A DNA stretch of 64,000 nucleotides from Macrostomum lignano (Eukaryota), in NCBI GenBank assembly GCA_002269645.1, contig NIVC01000186.1, positions 62,001 through 126,000 of the forward strand, in the 5' to 3' direction. Of the stretch, positions 36,056 through 52,600 are shown in pieces. Under the pieces are notes generated by a model. That model was given only the letters and a program-made list of their open reading frames with translations, searched no databases and was not told where the DNA came from. The position numbers and the translations under genes were made by a program. Position 1 is the first letter of the stretch. Each line of letters opens with the position of its first letter.

Positions 36056-38254
36056 CACATGCTTTAACCATAGACTAAACTAAGGGTGTGGGCGAAGCCC
36101 AGAAAAGCCCCACATGCTTTAACCATAGACTAAACTAAGGGTGTGGGCGAAGCCCAGAAAAGCCCCACATGCTTTAACCATAGACTAAACTAAGGGTGTG
36201 GGCAAATACCTGAGAAGGCCACATGCTTTAACCATAGACTAAACTAAGGGTGTGGGAAAAGCCCAGAAAAGCCCCACATGCTTTAACCATGGACTAAACT
36301 AAGGGTGTGGAAAAGCCCAGAAAAGCCCCACATGCTTTAACCATAGACTAAACTAAGGGTGTGGGCAAATACCTGAGAAGCCCCACATGCTTTAACCATA
36401 GACTAAACTAAGGGTGTGGGAAAAGCCCAGAAAAGCCCCACATGCTTTAACCATAGACTAAACTAAGGGTGTGGGCAAATATCTGAGAAGGCCACATGCT
36501 TTAACCATAGACTAAACTAAGGGTGTGGGAAAAGCCCAGAAAAGCCCCACATGCTTTAACCATAGACTAAACTAAGGGTGTGGGCAAATATCTGAGAAGG
36601 CCACATGCTTTAACCATAGACTAAACTAAGGGTGTGGGAAAAGCCCAGAAAAGCCCCACATGCTTTAACCATGGACTAAACTAAGGGTGTGGGCGAAGCC
36701 CAGAAAAGCCCCACATGCTTTAACCATAGACTAAACTAAGGGTGTGGAAAAGCCCAGAAAAGCCCCACATGCTTTAACCATAGACTAAACTAAGGGTGTG
36801 GGAAAAGCCCAGAAAAGCCCCACATGCTTTAACCATGGACTAAACTAAGGGTGTGGGAAAAGCCCAGAAAAGCCCCACATGCTTTAACCATAGACTAAAC
36901 TAAGGGTGTGGGAAAAACCCAGAAAAGCCCCACATGCTTTAACCATAGACTAAACTAAGGGTGTGGGCAAATACCTGAGAAGCCCCATATGCTTTAACCA
37001 TAGACTAAACTAAGGGTGTGGGCAAATACCTGAGAAGCCCCACATGCTTTAACCATAGACTAAACTAAGGGTGTGGGCGAAGCCCAGAAAAGCCCCACAT
37101 GCTTTAACCATAGACTAAACTAAGGGTGTGGGCGAAGCCCAGAAAAGCCCCACATGCTTTAACCATAGACTAAACTAAGGGTGTGGGCGAAGCCCAGAGA
37201 AGCCCCACATGCTTTAACCATAGACTAAACTAAGGGTGTGGGAAAAGCCCAGAAAAGCCCCACATGCTTTAACCATAGACTAAACTAAGGGTGTGGGCAA
37301 ATACCTGAGAAGCCCCACATGCTTTAACCATAGACTAAACTAAGGGTGTGGGCAAATACCTGAGAAGCCCCACATGCTTTAACCATAGACTAAACTAAGG
37401 GTGTGGGCGAAGCCCAGAAAAGCCCCACATGCTTTAACCATGGACTAAACTAAGGGTGTGGGCGAAGCCCAGAAAAGCCCCACATGCTTTAACCATGGAC
37501 TAAACTAAGGGTGTGGGCGAAGCCCAGAAAAGCCCCACATGCTTTAACCATGGACTAAACTAAGGGTGTGGGCGAAGCCCAGAAAAGCCCCACATGCTTT
37601 AACCATGGACTAAACTAAGGGTGTGGGCGAAGCCCAGAAAAGCCCCACATGCTTTAACCATAGACTAAACTAAGGGTGTGGGAAAAGCCCAGAAAAGCCC
37701 CACATGCTTTAACCATAGACTAAACTAAGGGTGTGGGCAAATACCTGAGAAGCCCCACATGCTTTAACCATAGACTAAACTAAGGGTGTGGGCAAATACC
37801 TGAGAAGCCCCACATGCTTTAACCATAGACTAAACTAAGGGTGTGGGCGAAGCCCAGAAAAGCCCCACATGCTTTAACCATGGACTAAACTAAGGGTGTG
37901 GGCGAAGCCCAGAAAAGCCCCACATGCTTTAACCATGGACTAAACTAAGGGTGTGGGCGAAGCCCAGAAAAGCCCCACATGCTTTAACCATGGACTAAAC
38001 TAAGGGTGTGGGAAAAGCCCAGAAAAGCCCCACATGCTTTAACCATGGACTAAACTAAGGGTGTGGGAAAAGCCCAGAAAAGCCCCACATGCTTTAACCA
38101 TAGACTAAACTAAGGGTGTGGGAAAAGCCCAGAAAAGCCCCACATGCTTTAACCATAGACTAAACTAAGGGTGTGGGAAAAGCCCAGAAAAGCCCCACAT
38201 GCTTTAACCATGGACTAAACTAAGGGTGTGGGCAAAGCCCAGAGAAGGCCACAT
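36056..38254. repeat. 55-bp satellite, about 40 copies, two interspersed variant types
   Basis: Unit CACATGCTTTAACCATAGACTAAACTAAGGGTGTGGGCGAAGCCCAGAAAAGCCC; variant GGGCAAATACCTGAGAAG. Confidence 0.97.
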
Positions 38255-38774
38255 ACGATTATCACATTAAGGGCCACATTCAGGGGTTCATGTTCCGACA
38301 GTTACCAGTCTAGATTTCTAGGCTTAGAAATCTATTACGAAGGCCACAGTTTGATTATTGAATTAATAACCTGTTTTGGCTAGATTTGTCTGCTAGCAAA
38401 ACCTCCCAGCAATCTTCGTTCGCTAATTCCTTACCTGAATTAATAAATAATCCAAAAATCAAATAAAAAATAAAAAATCCAAAAATCCAAAAGTCAATTA
38501 ATTTATTCATTCTTATCAGAATAATTTGGCGGTTCTGCAATTCGCAGCTAAATGGCCATGAGCTGGAAATAAAGTCTCCAACTCTGCATGAGTGGCCTGG
38601 AGGTAGTGAGTTTGGGATTTTATTTTATCAGGGTAAGACTCCCCTTTTTATAAGTTTACAAGTAGTGCTAGGGTTGTTGTCTCCGGGATCTGAGTCGGCA
38701 TACTGCGCGTCTTTTAAGCGTCATATCTATCGGGTCTTTGTGGCGCTAAAACTACTGGGTCGTGGTGGCATATC

Positions 38775-39055
38775 TATCGGGTCCTTGTGACGCCAAATCT
38801 ACTGGGTCCTTGTGACGCCAAATCTACTGGGTCCTTGTGACGCCAAATCTACTGGGTCCTTGTGACGCCAAATCTACTGGGTCCTTGTGGCGCCCAATCT
38901 ACTGCGTCCTTGTGGCACCAAATCTACTGGGTCCTTGTGGCGCCAAATCTACTGGGTCCTTGTGGCGCCAAATCTACTGGGTCCTTGTTGCGCCAAATCT
39001 ACTGGGTCCTTGTGGTGCCAAATCTACTGGGTCCTTGTGGCGCCAAAGCTACTGA
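38775..39055. repeat. 25-bp minisatellite
   Basis: (GCCAAATCTACTGGGTCCTTGTG[A/G]C)n, about 11 copies. Confidence 0.92.
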
Positions 39056-39549
39056 CTCATTGTAGCGCCATATCTATCGAGTCTTCGTGGCGCCATATCT
39101 ATCGAGTCTTCGTGGCCGCCTTTTAAGTACCGAAAACAGCTTGAGGATCGAAAAAGTGCGAGAAGGGGTTCGCGAAAAACTCGAAGGCAATCAGGGCAAA
39201 AACTCAAAAGAAAACCGCCGCTAATGGAGCCGAAAATCCGTTATCTTTCGCTCTCGCTCTCTGCTTCAAGCGCCTCTTCCTGGTAGTTGGGTGACTCATC
39301 CAGGTGATTCTTGGCACAGGTTTTGCCTTGGGATTGCGGGCTAGGGAATCGCTGCTGACCGATTTCTCTGCCTCCGCGCAGACTTTTATACTAAATCCTC
39401 CCGAGCTGTCACTCTTTGGTAGCTCCGGTTTCGGTTTCCTGGCGCCCGCGCCATCAAGGAACTTAATTCTTTTTATGCTTTTCAATGGCAACCCCGCTGA
39501 ACTTTGTGCGAACTCTTGCTTCTCTTCGTGTGAGCGATTCTTCTGTCCT

Positions 39550-40620
39550 TTCCTCTCCCTCTCCCCTTTTCCATCTCCCTCTCCCCTTTTCCATCTCCCT
39601 CTCCCCTTTTCCATCTCTCTCTCCCCTTTTCCATCAAATCTCCGTCTTTCCAGCTTCTCTCCTCTTCTTTCTCCGTTCTCAGCTGTCTCCTCCATATATT
39701 TTATCCATTCTCATATCTCCTGTTTTTGTTCCTCCATCCTCTCCTCTCTCTCCTCTCCTCTCTCCCCTTTTTCCTCTCCTCTCTCCCCTTTTTCCTCTCC
39801 TCTCTCCCCTTTTTCCTCTCCTCTCTCCCCTTTTTCCTCTCCTCTCTCCCCTCTCCTCTCTCCCCTTTTCCCTCTTCTCTCTCCCCTTTTCCCTCTTTTC
39901 TCTCCCCTTTTCCCTCTTCTCTCTCCCCTTTTCCCTCTTCTCTCTCCCCTTTTCCCTCTCCTCTCTCCCCTCTCCTCTCTCCCCTTTTCCCTCTCATCTC
40001 TCCCCTCTCCTCTCTCCCCTTTTCCCTTTCCTCTCTCCCCTCTCTCTCTCTCCCCTCTCCTCTCTCCCCTTTTCCCTCTTCTCTCTCCCCTTTTCCCTCT
40101 CCTCTCTCCCCTCTCCTCTCTCTCCTTTTCCCTCTTCTCTCTCCCCTTTTCCCTTTCCTCTTTCCCCTCTCCTCTCTCCCCTCTCCTCTCTCCCCTTTTC
40201 CCTCTTCTCTCTCCCCTTTTCCCTCTCCTCTCTCCCCTTTTCCCTCTCCTCTCTCCCCTCTCCTCTCTCCCCTTTTCCCTCTCCTCTCTCCCCTCTCCTC
40301 TCTCCCCTTTTCCCTCTCCTCTCTCCCCTCTCCTCTCTCCCCTTTTCCCTCTTCTCTCTCCCCTCTCCTCTCTCCCCCTTTCCCTCTCCTCTCTCCCCTT
40401 TTCCGTCTTCTCTCTCCCCTTTTTTCCTCTCCCTTCTCCCCTCTCCTCTCTTCCCTTTTCTCTCTCCCTTCTCCCCTCTCCTATCTCCCCTCTCCTCTCT
40501 CCCCTCTCCACTCTCCACTCTACCCTCTCCGCTTTCCTCTCTATCCTCCCTTCTCCTCTCTCCCCTCTCCCCTCTCCCCTCTACTCTCTCCCCTCTCCCT
40601 CTCCCATTTACCTTCTCCTG
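39550..40620. repeat. polypyrimidine (CT-rich) low-complexity tract of about 1.1 kb
   Basis: Almost exclusively C/T; explains the SPL/GER-rich pseudo-ORFs. Confidence 0.95.
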
Positions 40621-41199
40621 TATCCTCCCCTCTCTACCCCATGTCGCCTATTCACCACACAAAAAGGTTCGCGCAGTCCCTGATCCACCGGTTCAGCCAC
40701 CGCTTATTCAGCTTTGGGACTCGATGCCTCTCAGTTTCCGATGCTTGGCTTTCAGTTCCGCTGGTGCTGGCTCGGAGCCAACAGTCCTGACTGGGGATAT
40801 TGATTGATATGGTTCATCCCGATATCAAGGCGGCTGCCCCCCCCCCACATCCATGAGAATTCTCTCCTCTTCGTAATTTTTCCCGTAAGTTTAACGAATC
40901 GCCAAGCTGCCCCTCATCTTCAGAGCTGGCAGTCAGCCAATAAGGACCCCCCCGGAGGCTGAATCATGGAGACTCAGAACCAGAAACTGGAGTAGAAGCA
41001 CTTTCCTAAACGAGCCATTTTCAGACAACTTTCGGCTGACGGCTGTCTCTCTGTTTTAATACAAATGACAGGCAACTTTCTGCATCAATTTTTATTAAAA
41101 TTCAAAACTTCTGTCAGTTATTTGAGCTGGCTCAGAATGCAGTGATATTTCACTCAAATGCGAATAGTTTATTTCACCATTAAAATGATACTCAGCCTC

Positions 41200-41570
41200 T
41201 CCTCTCTCCCTTTTCTCTCTACTCTCTCTCTCTCCCATCTCCTCACTCCACTCTCTTCGCTCCATCTCTCCCGGTCCGTCTCTCTATCTCCCTCTACCCC
41301 TCTCCCTCTCTCCCTCTCCCCCTCTCCCTCTCTCCCTCTCACTCTCCTACTGTCTCTCTCTCTCGCCTCTCCTCTCTCCTCTCTCCTCTCTCCAATCTCC
41401 TCTCTCCTCTCTTCCCTCTCCTATCTCCTCTCCTCTACCCTCTCTCCTCTCTCCTCTCTCCTCTCTCCTCTCTCCTCTCTCCTCTCTCGTCTCTCGTCTC
41501 TCATCTCTCCGATCAATCTCTACTTCTCTTCCCTCTCCTGTCTCCCCCCGTTCCTGTCTCCTTCTCCCAT
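41200..41570. repeat. CT-rich low-complexity tract
   Basis: CTCTCCT-type repeats. Confidence 0.9.
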
Positions 41571-42204
41571 ATACCTGCAACCTTTTTATTGGATTTCAAA
41601 ACAACTGTCGAAACTTTTAACGGAGAATGCAAAGATATTTCACTCAAATATGAAAGAGTTTATTCTGCTCTAACCTGAGACCAATTTTGTAAAGACCAAC
41701 CTACTCGTACTGAAACCGAAACAAAGTGAAATTGGGGAAAATGGGGGGTTGTTCAAGGAGGAGTTGCCAATCCAAGTTGTGGCTGCGGATCTCCATGGCT
41801 TAATGCAGGAAAATTAGTAACGAACCGCGGCGCCGGCCGTGTGGGAACTGCGGCAATAAATGAAGGCTTTAGAGAAGAAGCTGGCAACAGTGGTTTCCGC
41901 TTTTAGCCAACTGCCCTGCCCCCTCGAGTCGCCTCTCAGCCTGAGATAGTTTACAACCCGAGAGACTAGCAGCTCCAGGCCCGGCCCTCGACGCAGGCAG
42001 GCAATTTTCGACTTCGAAACGGCACATGCTGGCGAGACGGCGGCAGCTGCTGGCCCAGACCAGATCCCAATGCTCCGCTGTGATGGGCGCGACAGACAGC
42101 AGCGGCTTGGCTCGCTTCGCATCCGGAGGTTTGCTTATCTTGTTTATGAGTACCTCATGGGCCTTTCTTGATGGCGCTAGGGATTTATTTGTTGGGGAAA
42201 TACT

Positions 42205-43030
42205 TAGGGAGAGGGGCAGGGAGAGATTAAGGGAGGGGGGCAGGGAGAGATTAAGGGAGGGGGTGAGAGATTAAGAGAGAAGGGCAGGGAGAGATTAAGA
42301 GAGAAGGGTAGGGAGAGATTAAGGGAGAGGGGCAGGGAGAGATTAAGGGAGAGGGGCAGGGAGAGATTAAGGGAGGGGTAGGGAGAGATTAAGGGAGAGG
42401 GGTGAGAGATTAAGGGAGAGGGGTAGGGAGAGATTAAGGGAGGGGTAGGGAGAGATTAAGAGAGAAGGGTAGGGAGAGATTAAGGGAGAGGGGCAGGAAG
42501 AGATTAAGAGAGAAGGGTAGGGAGAGATTAAGGGAGAGGGGCAGGGAGAGATTAAGGGAGAGGGGCAGGGAGAGATTAAGGGAGAGGGGCAGGGAGAGAT
42601 TAAGAGAGAAGGGTAGGGAGAGATTAAGGGAGAGGGGCAGGGAGAGATTAAGGGAGAGGGGCAGGGAGAGATTAAGGGAGAGGGGCAGGGAGAGATTAAG
42701 GGAGAGGGGCAGGGAGAGATTAAGGGAGGGGGGCAGGGAGAGATTAAGGGAGAGGGGTAGGGAGAGATTAAGGGAGAGGGGCAGGGAGAGATTAAGGGAG
42801 AGGGGCAGGGAGAGATTAAGAGAGAAGGGTAGGGAGAGATTAAGGGAGAGGGGCAGGGAGAGATTAAGAGAGAAGGGCAGGGAGAGATTAAGGGAGAGGG
42901 GCAGGGAGAGATTAAGGGAGAGGGGTAGGGAGAGATTAAGGGAGAGGGGCAGGGAGAGATTAAGGGAGAGGGGTAGGGAGAGATTAAGGGAGAGGGGCAG
43001 GGAGAGATTAAGAGAGAGGGGCAAGGAGAG
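42205..43030. repeat. 24-bp purine-rich minisatellite
   Basis: (GGGAGAGATTAAGGGAGAGGGGCA)n, about 34 copies. Confidence 0.95.
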
Positions 43031-43209
43031 GCAGGGAGGTGGCCGATGAAGCCCAGCCGGAGAGAGCAAATAGCGGAGATCAAAGAGAATTACCATAACA
43101 TGAAAGCACACAGCTTTAGACTTGCTAACCTGTTCCGCTACTCAAACTCTACTCAAAATTGTTGGTGCTGAAGTGATCAGCAAACATAATCTGGCCAATA
43201 GTTTCTCAG

Positions 43210-47552
<4,343 letters not shown>

Positions 47553-47869
47553 CTTGGTTTCTGATGTACCTCAGTAAATAACTTTCCCAAGCATCCAGTT
47601 CATATCTGCCATGACAGCAGTGAGTAGCAGCAGTCCCGGTCTCAATAGCAACGGTATCAACTCAAGCTTGCAGTCTTGATGCTCAAGTGCCCTGAATTTG
47701 TCATCATAAATTATTATTTTATATTTATGATCTTAGCTGCATTGATGCTAATCCTCTACAATTAATATCTATCATTTTGCTCTATTTTTTCAATTTTCAT
47801 AAATTTCAGCTACACCGCATCTCGCTGACCCCAACCTTTAGATAGCTGTGATTTTCAATTGATCTTTAT

Positions 47870-48290
47870 GATCCCACCCTTCTCTATATGATCCCACCCT
47901 GATCTCTATGATCCCACCCTGATCTCTATGGTTCCACCTTATTCTCTATGATCCCAACCTGCTCTATTTGATCCCACCCTGATCTCTACGATCCCACCTC
48001 ATTCAGTATGATCCCATCCTGATCTCTATGACCCAACCCTGATCTCTATGATCCCACCCTGCTCTCTATGGTTCCACCTTGTTCACTATGATCCCACCCT
48101 GCTCTCTATGACCCAACCCTGATCTCTATGACCCAACCCTGATCTCTATGACCCAACCCTGATCTCTATGATCCCACCCTGCTCTCTATGGTTCCACCTT
48201 GTTCACTATGATCCCACCCTGCTCTCTATGACCCAACCCTGATCTCTATGATCCCACCCTGCTCTCTATGATCCCACCCTGCTCTTCAGC
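47870..48290. repeat. 20-bp minisatellite
   Basis: ATGATCCCACCCTGATCTCT-like units. Confidence 0.9.
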
Positions 48291-49079
48291 ATCCTTCTGA
48301 TCTCATTGGTACCACCTCAATCTCTGTGATCCCCACTCATCCGAGTTTCACGAACCCGACGACTCTTTTCAACATCTCTCCGAGGTTTTCATGACAACAA
48401 AATTTCATTTAAAATATTGTTTACAATCGTTCAACGCTAGGCCACTTTCGTAGTTGGCAAAACCTCTTTTAGAAGTGAACAAAAAGTTTTTTTCTGAAAT
48501 ATGAGTACCATTAATCAGTAATATTGAAAGACATTTTCTACAAGTATTCTCGTAGCTTTATACGCAATTTATATATTTCTTTCATCGAGACAAGTAAACA
48601 AACATCGGATAGCTGCATGCAGTGCTGCTATGCTCATTAGAGAATTTGTTCTGCTGTGCTGTTATTTCAGAGAATTTCATGCCATTTAATAAGCGTCCTG
48701 ATAGAAATATCTTTTTCTTAGTTGTATGGGATATAAGAGAAAGATTAATTAAGTGAAATAAGTAAATACTAATAGCGTAGGTTTTGGTAGCATTTCTTAT
48801 TAGGATTGGTGTAGGAGTGTTCGAGAACGATTAATGTCTACTTTAGATTAATGCCTGCTCTGTGGGCCTCAGTGTAAAATGCGTCAACCCCACCACCCCC
48901 CTTCCCCACCTCTCTTCCGCCCCACCCCTCCCCCTTCGCCCACCTCTCCTCCGCCCCACCCCCTCCGCCGCGTGCCGGGGGGTTCTTAAACCCATGCAGT
49001 CTTTTCTGGCCTGGCCGTCTGCGTGCAAGTGCTCCGATTATTTATTTTTTAGTTTAGTAGTCAGTAGTCAGTTAGTCAA

Positions 49080-49620
49080 ATTGTCAGATGGTCAGATGGT
49101 CAGATGGTCAGATGGTCAGATGGTCAGATGGTCAGATGGTCAGATGGTCAGATGGTCAGATGGTCAGATGGTCAGATGATCAGATGGTCAGATGGTCAGA
49201 TGGTCAGATGATCAGATGGTCAGATGGTCAGATGGTCAGATGGTCAGATGGTCAGATGATCAGATGGTCAGATGGTCAGATGGTCAGATGATCAGATGGT
49301 CAGATGGTCAGATGGTCAGATGATCAGATGGTCAGATGATCAGATGGTCAGATGGTCAGATGATCAGATGGTCAGATGGTCAGGTGGTCAGGTGGTCAGA
49401 TGGTCAGATGATCAGATGGTCAGATGGTCAGATAGTCAGGTGGTCAGGTGGTCAGATAGTCAGGTGGTCAGATAGTCAGATGATCAGATGGTCAGATGGT
49501 CAGATGATCAGATGGTCAGATGGTCAGATAGTCAGGTGGTCAGGTGGTCAGATAGTCAGGTGGTCAGGTGGTCAGATAGTCAGATGATCAGATGGTCAGA
49601 TGGTCAGATGGTCAGATGAT
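49080..49620. repeat. 8-bp tandem repeat
   Basis: (GATGGTCA)n with GATGATCA and GGTGGTCA variants. Confidence 0.95.
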
Positions 49621-49682
49621 GGCCTAATCTATCTCCGCTTAAATTAGTGTTGTTGTCAGATCACGGCTGGCGTCCCTCAGCC

Positions 49683-52600
49683 TCAATAGCCTGGGGACTC
49701 GGTTGCTATGACTGAAGACTTGGTTGCTATGGCTGAAGACTCGGTTGCTATGGCTGGAGACACGGTTGGTATGGCTGGAGACACGGTTGCTATGGCTGGA
49801 GGCTCAGTTGCTATGGCTGAAGAATCGGTTGCTATGGCTGGAGACACGGTTGCTATGGCTGGAGACTCGGTTGCTATGGCTGGAGACTCGGTTGCTATGG
49901 CTGGATGCTCCATTACTAGTGCGCCTACTGTGGTTGCTAAGGCCTGGTCTGCGTCCATATTATCATTGTGGTCGGTTTCTAGGGGCAATGCGTCCCAGTT
50001 GGCATTGGAGACGCAGGCGCAGGGAGGCGGCGCAGGCGACATCTCCTTCTGGTTAATGTTCAGCTTCGTTGCCAAACGAAGGTGCTCAATTAGCAAGTCC
50101 AGGAATGGTCGCTGAAATTCGAGTGAAAGTTTGCATGCTCGATACATTGACACTCGGTGCACTTAAAACACCTGATATCCTTGATCAATGGGTACAACAT
50201 CCGAAGGCTCACCCGGGTTCTCAGGGCCAGGGTGCGACAGCGCCATAGCAGTTCGACAAAACAAAGTAGGACAGCCACGCCAAGTCCGATCATCAGGGCG
50301 ATGAAGACGCCCCCGAAGGATGCCACTTCCATGGTGCCGGTCGGAGATGCATCGTCCACTGCTTCGCTGCACGGCGGCCCGGTCAGGTTGAACCGCTTGA
50401 TCCAGGCATTCGACAGATCCTCGATGAACTGCTCCTTGTGCAGCTGAAGAATGACCTCACCAAGCTCCTCCTTGAGAAACGCGTCTGAAAAAGAAAGAAA
50501 AAGAAAGAATGGAATATCGATCACAGATCACAGATCATCTGGGATCGGGATCTGGGATCGGGATCTGGGATCGGGATCTGGGATCGGGATCACTCACTGC
50601 CCTGCGGTACTGCGAACGCGTAGCTGCTGGGATTGAAGATGCCTCCAATCTGCGTGAGCTCGCAGTCTCTCTCTCGATAGTACTGGTTAAACGTGGACTC
50701 AAGGATGTAGGCGTAGCCTCCCTCCCGAACCCGGCCGATTCCTTCCGATGTTTTCCGGACAAACGACTCGTTTTTAGCGCTCCAAGAAACCATGGAATCC
50801 CACATTCTTCGGTAAAGTGGGATTCGGGAATTCTGAAAGCGAACAAAAGCATTACGCACCAGACTTGAATGCTTCGCAGTGTTAAAATCTGGATTTTACA
50901 ATTTTTGAACCAGTAATTTCCTTCACAAACGTATTTCTAATCTACCCGGAAGAGATTTTGATTGCTCGATGTGCCAACCAGCAATCTGATTAACCTTGAA
51001 GAGTGTGCATACCGCACCTACATGTATCATACGGCTGCTGAGAGCAGTACTTCAGCAAATAAAGGATGAAGGTGCACACTGCTCACACCTGTCAGTCCAA
51101 TTTACCTTGAAGAAGTTGTACATGGCCCCGCCAACAGGACAACCAAACTTCACTTTGCTCTGGCTGGCCAGCGCTTCCACGCTGTCGATGTTGCCGAGCC
51201 GGCTGGTGGTGAGAAAAGCGGCCAGGTTGGCCGTGTAGGAGCTGATGAGCAGCAGGGTGAAGAACCACCAGGTTGTCGCAACCATCCTCGTCGATGAGGC
51301 CCTGGGCGCCAGTTCGGATCCTGAGGTTTCGAAGTAGGAAGAACTGATGAGGGCCAATACGATTGTGCATCAGGTCGCTGCACTGTGCCGCTCTGTCTGG
51401 GAAGGCAGCAAAACTGGCTGAACTGCTTAGCTGTGGGCCCGCCTCTCACCTTCATTTTTACCCAAGCCAGCGCCCCAGCTTCCCTGCACTTCCCCTCTCC
51501 CCCTCTCCCTCTCACTCTCTCCCTGTCCCCCTGTCTCTCCCTCTCTTTCTCTCCCTCTCCCTCTCTTCCTGTCCCTCTCTCTCCCCCTCTAACTCTCCCT
51601 CCCCCTCTTTCGAGTTTCGAAGTGTTCAATATATTCTTAATATCGGCTTTTCGCTTTGCATCAGGGAGGCAGTCCAAGTATAAACATAGTCAATAGTCAA
51701 TAAAATTTGTTAGAATTCCGTAAAACTGCAAGGCTTCCTTGTTTAGAAAATAGGCATTTACTGGTTTCTGCATACAGTGCTAAGGCTTTTTGTCCAAGTA
51801 GTCTGTCTCGCATGGAGAGCTTCACGGACTCCCGCTCCAGAGAACACGACGTGGAACCTGGATACCCAACAGCCAACAACCACTGTGTCAGGCAGACCAA
51901 GGGCGGCTCATATTGGATTCTGGCACTCACCCTGCTGCATCAGGGAGCCAATGGTGAACCACATGCTGTTCAGTGCACCAAACTGGTTTTCCACAACTGG
52001 CACGCAGTCATTGTGCGAATACCACTCGTAGGGACTCAGCCTGGCGCACACTAGCATGAGCAGGCTGGTGAGCAGCCAGGCCAGCAGCATGCAGGTCCAC
52101 ACGCGACCGCTGAAGGGCAGCATGAACTGGAGCGGGTCAGTCTGCTGCTCCGGCTTCTTCATGATCACGCTCAGGCCGAGACCCATGAAAGGTGTCGTGA
52201 AGTCCACGACCTTCGTAGATGAGTAATTTATTCAGATAGGTTTTGATACTTGTAGCACTACTTATTCGAGTAGTGTGTTCTTGGAGTAGGCACCCACCCG
52301 CTCTCTATCGTAAGTGATAACTAGAGTGCCAATGGCCACATCGGCTGTGCCGGACATCAAATCGCCGATCGCTCCGGACCAAACCTGCTCGCCGGCTTCG
52401 TTTAGCTTCGGACTGCCAAACTGACCGTCCGAGCTGACTTGGATCGTGTAGCTGAAAACAAGAAGACGTAGAGATTAATTTAAGTGTGCCTTTGACATTT
52501 GACGCGTTCGACAGAGTCAAATAGCTGACTTGTGTTGAAGAGAGAGCGTGCACTGGAAGTCAAGTAGCTTACTTGTGTTGATGAGAGAGCGTGCACTGGA

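Noticed and set aside
39304-40807. Overlapping 266-459 aa ORFs rich in SPL or GER
   Set aside because: Artefacts of a CT-only low-complexity tract.
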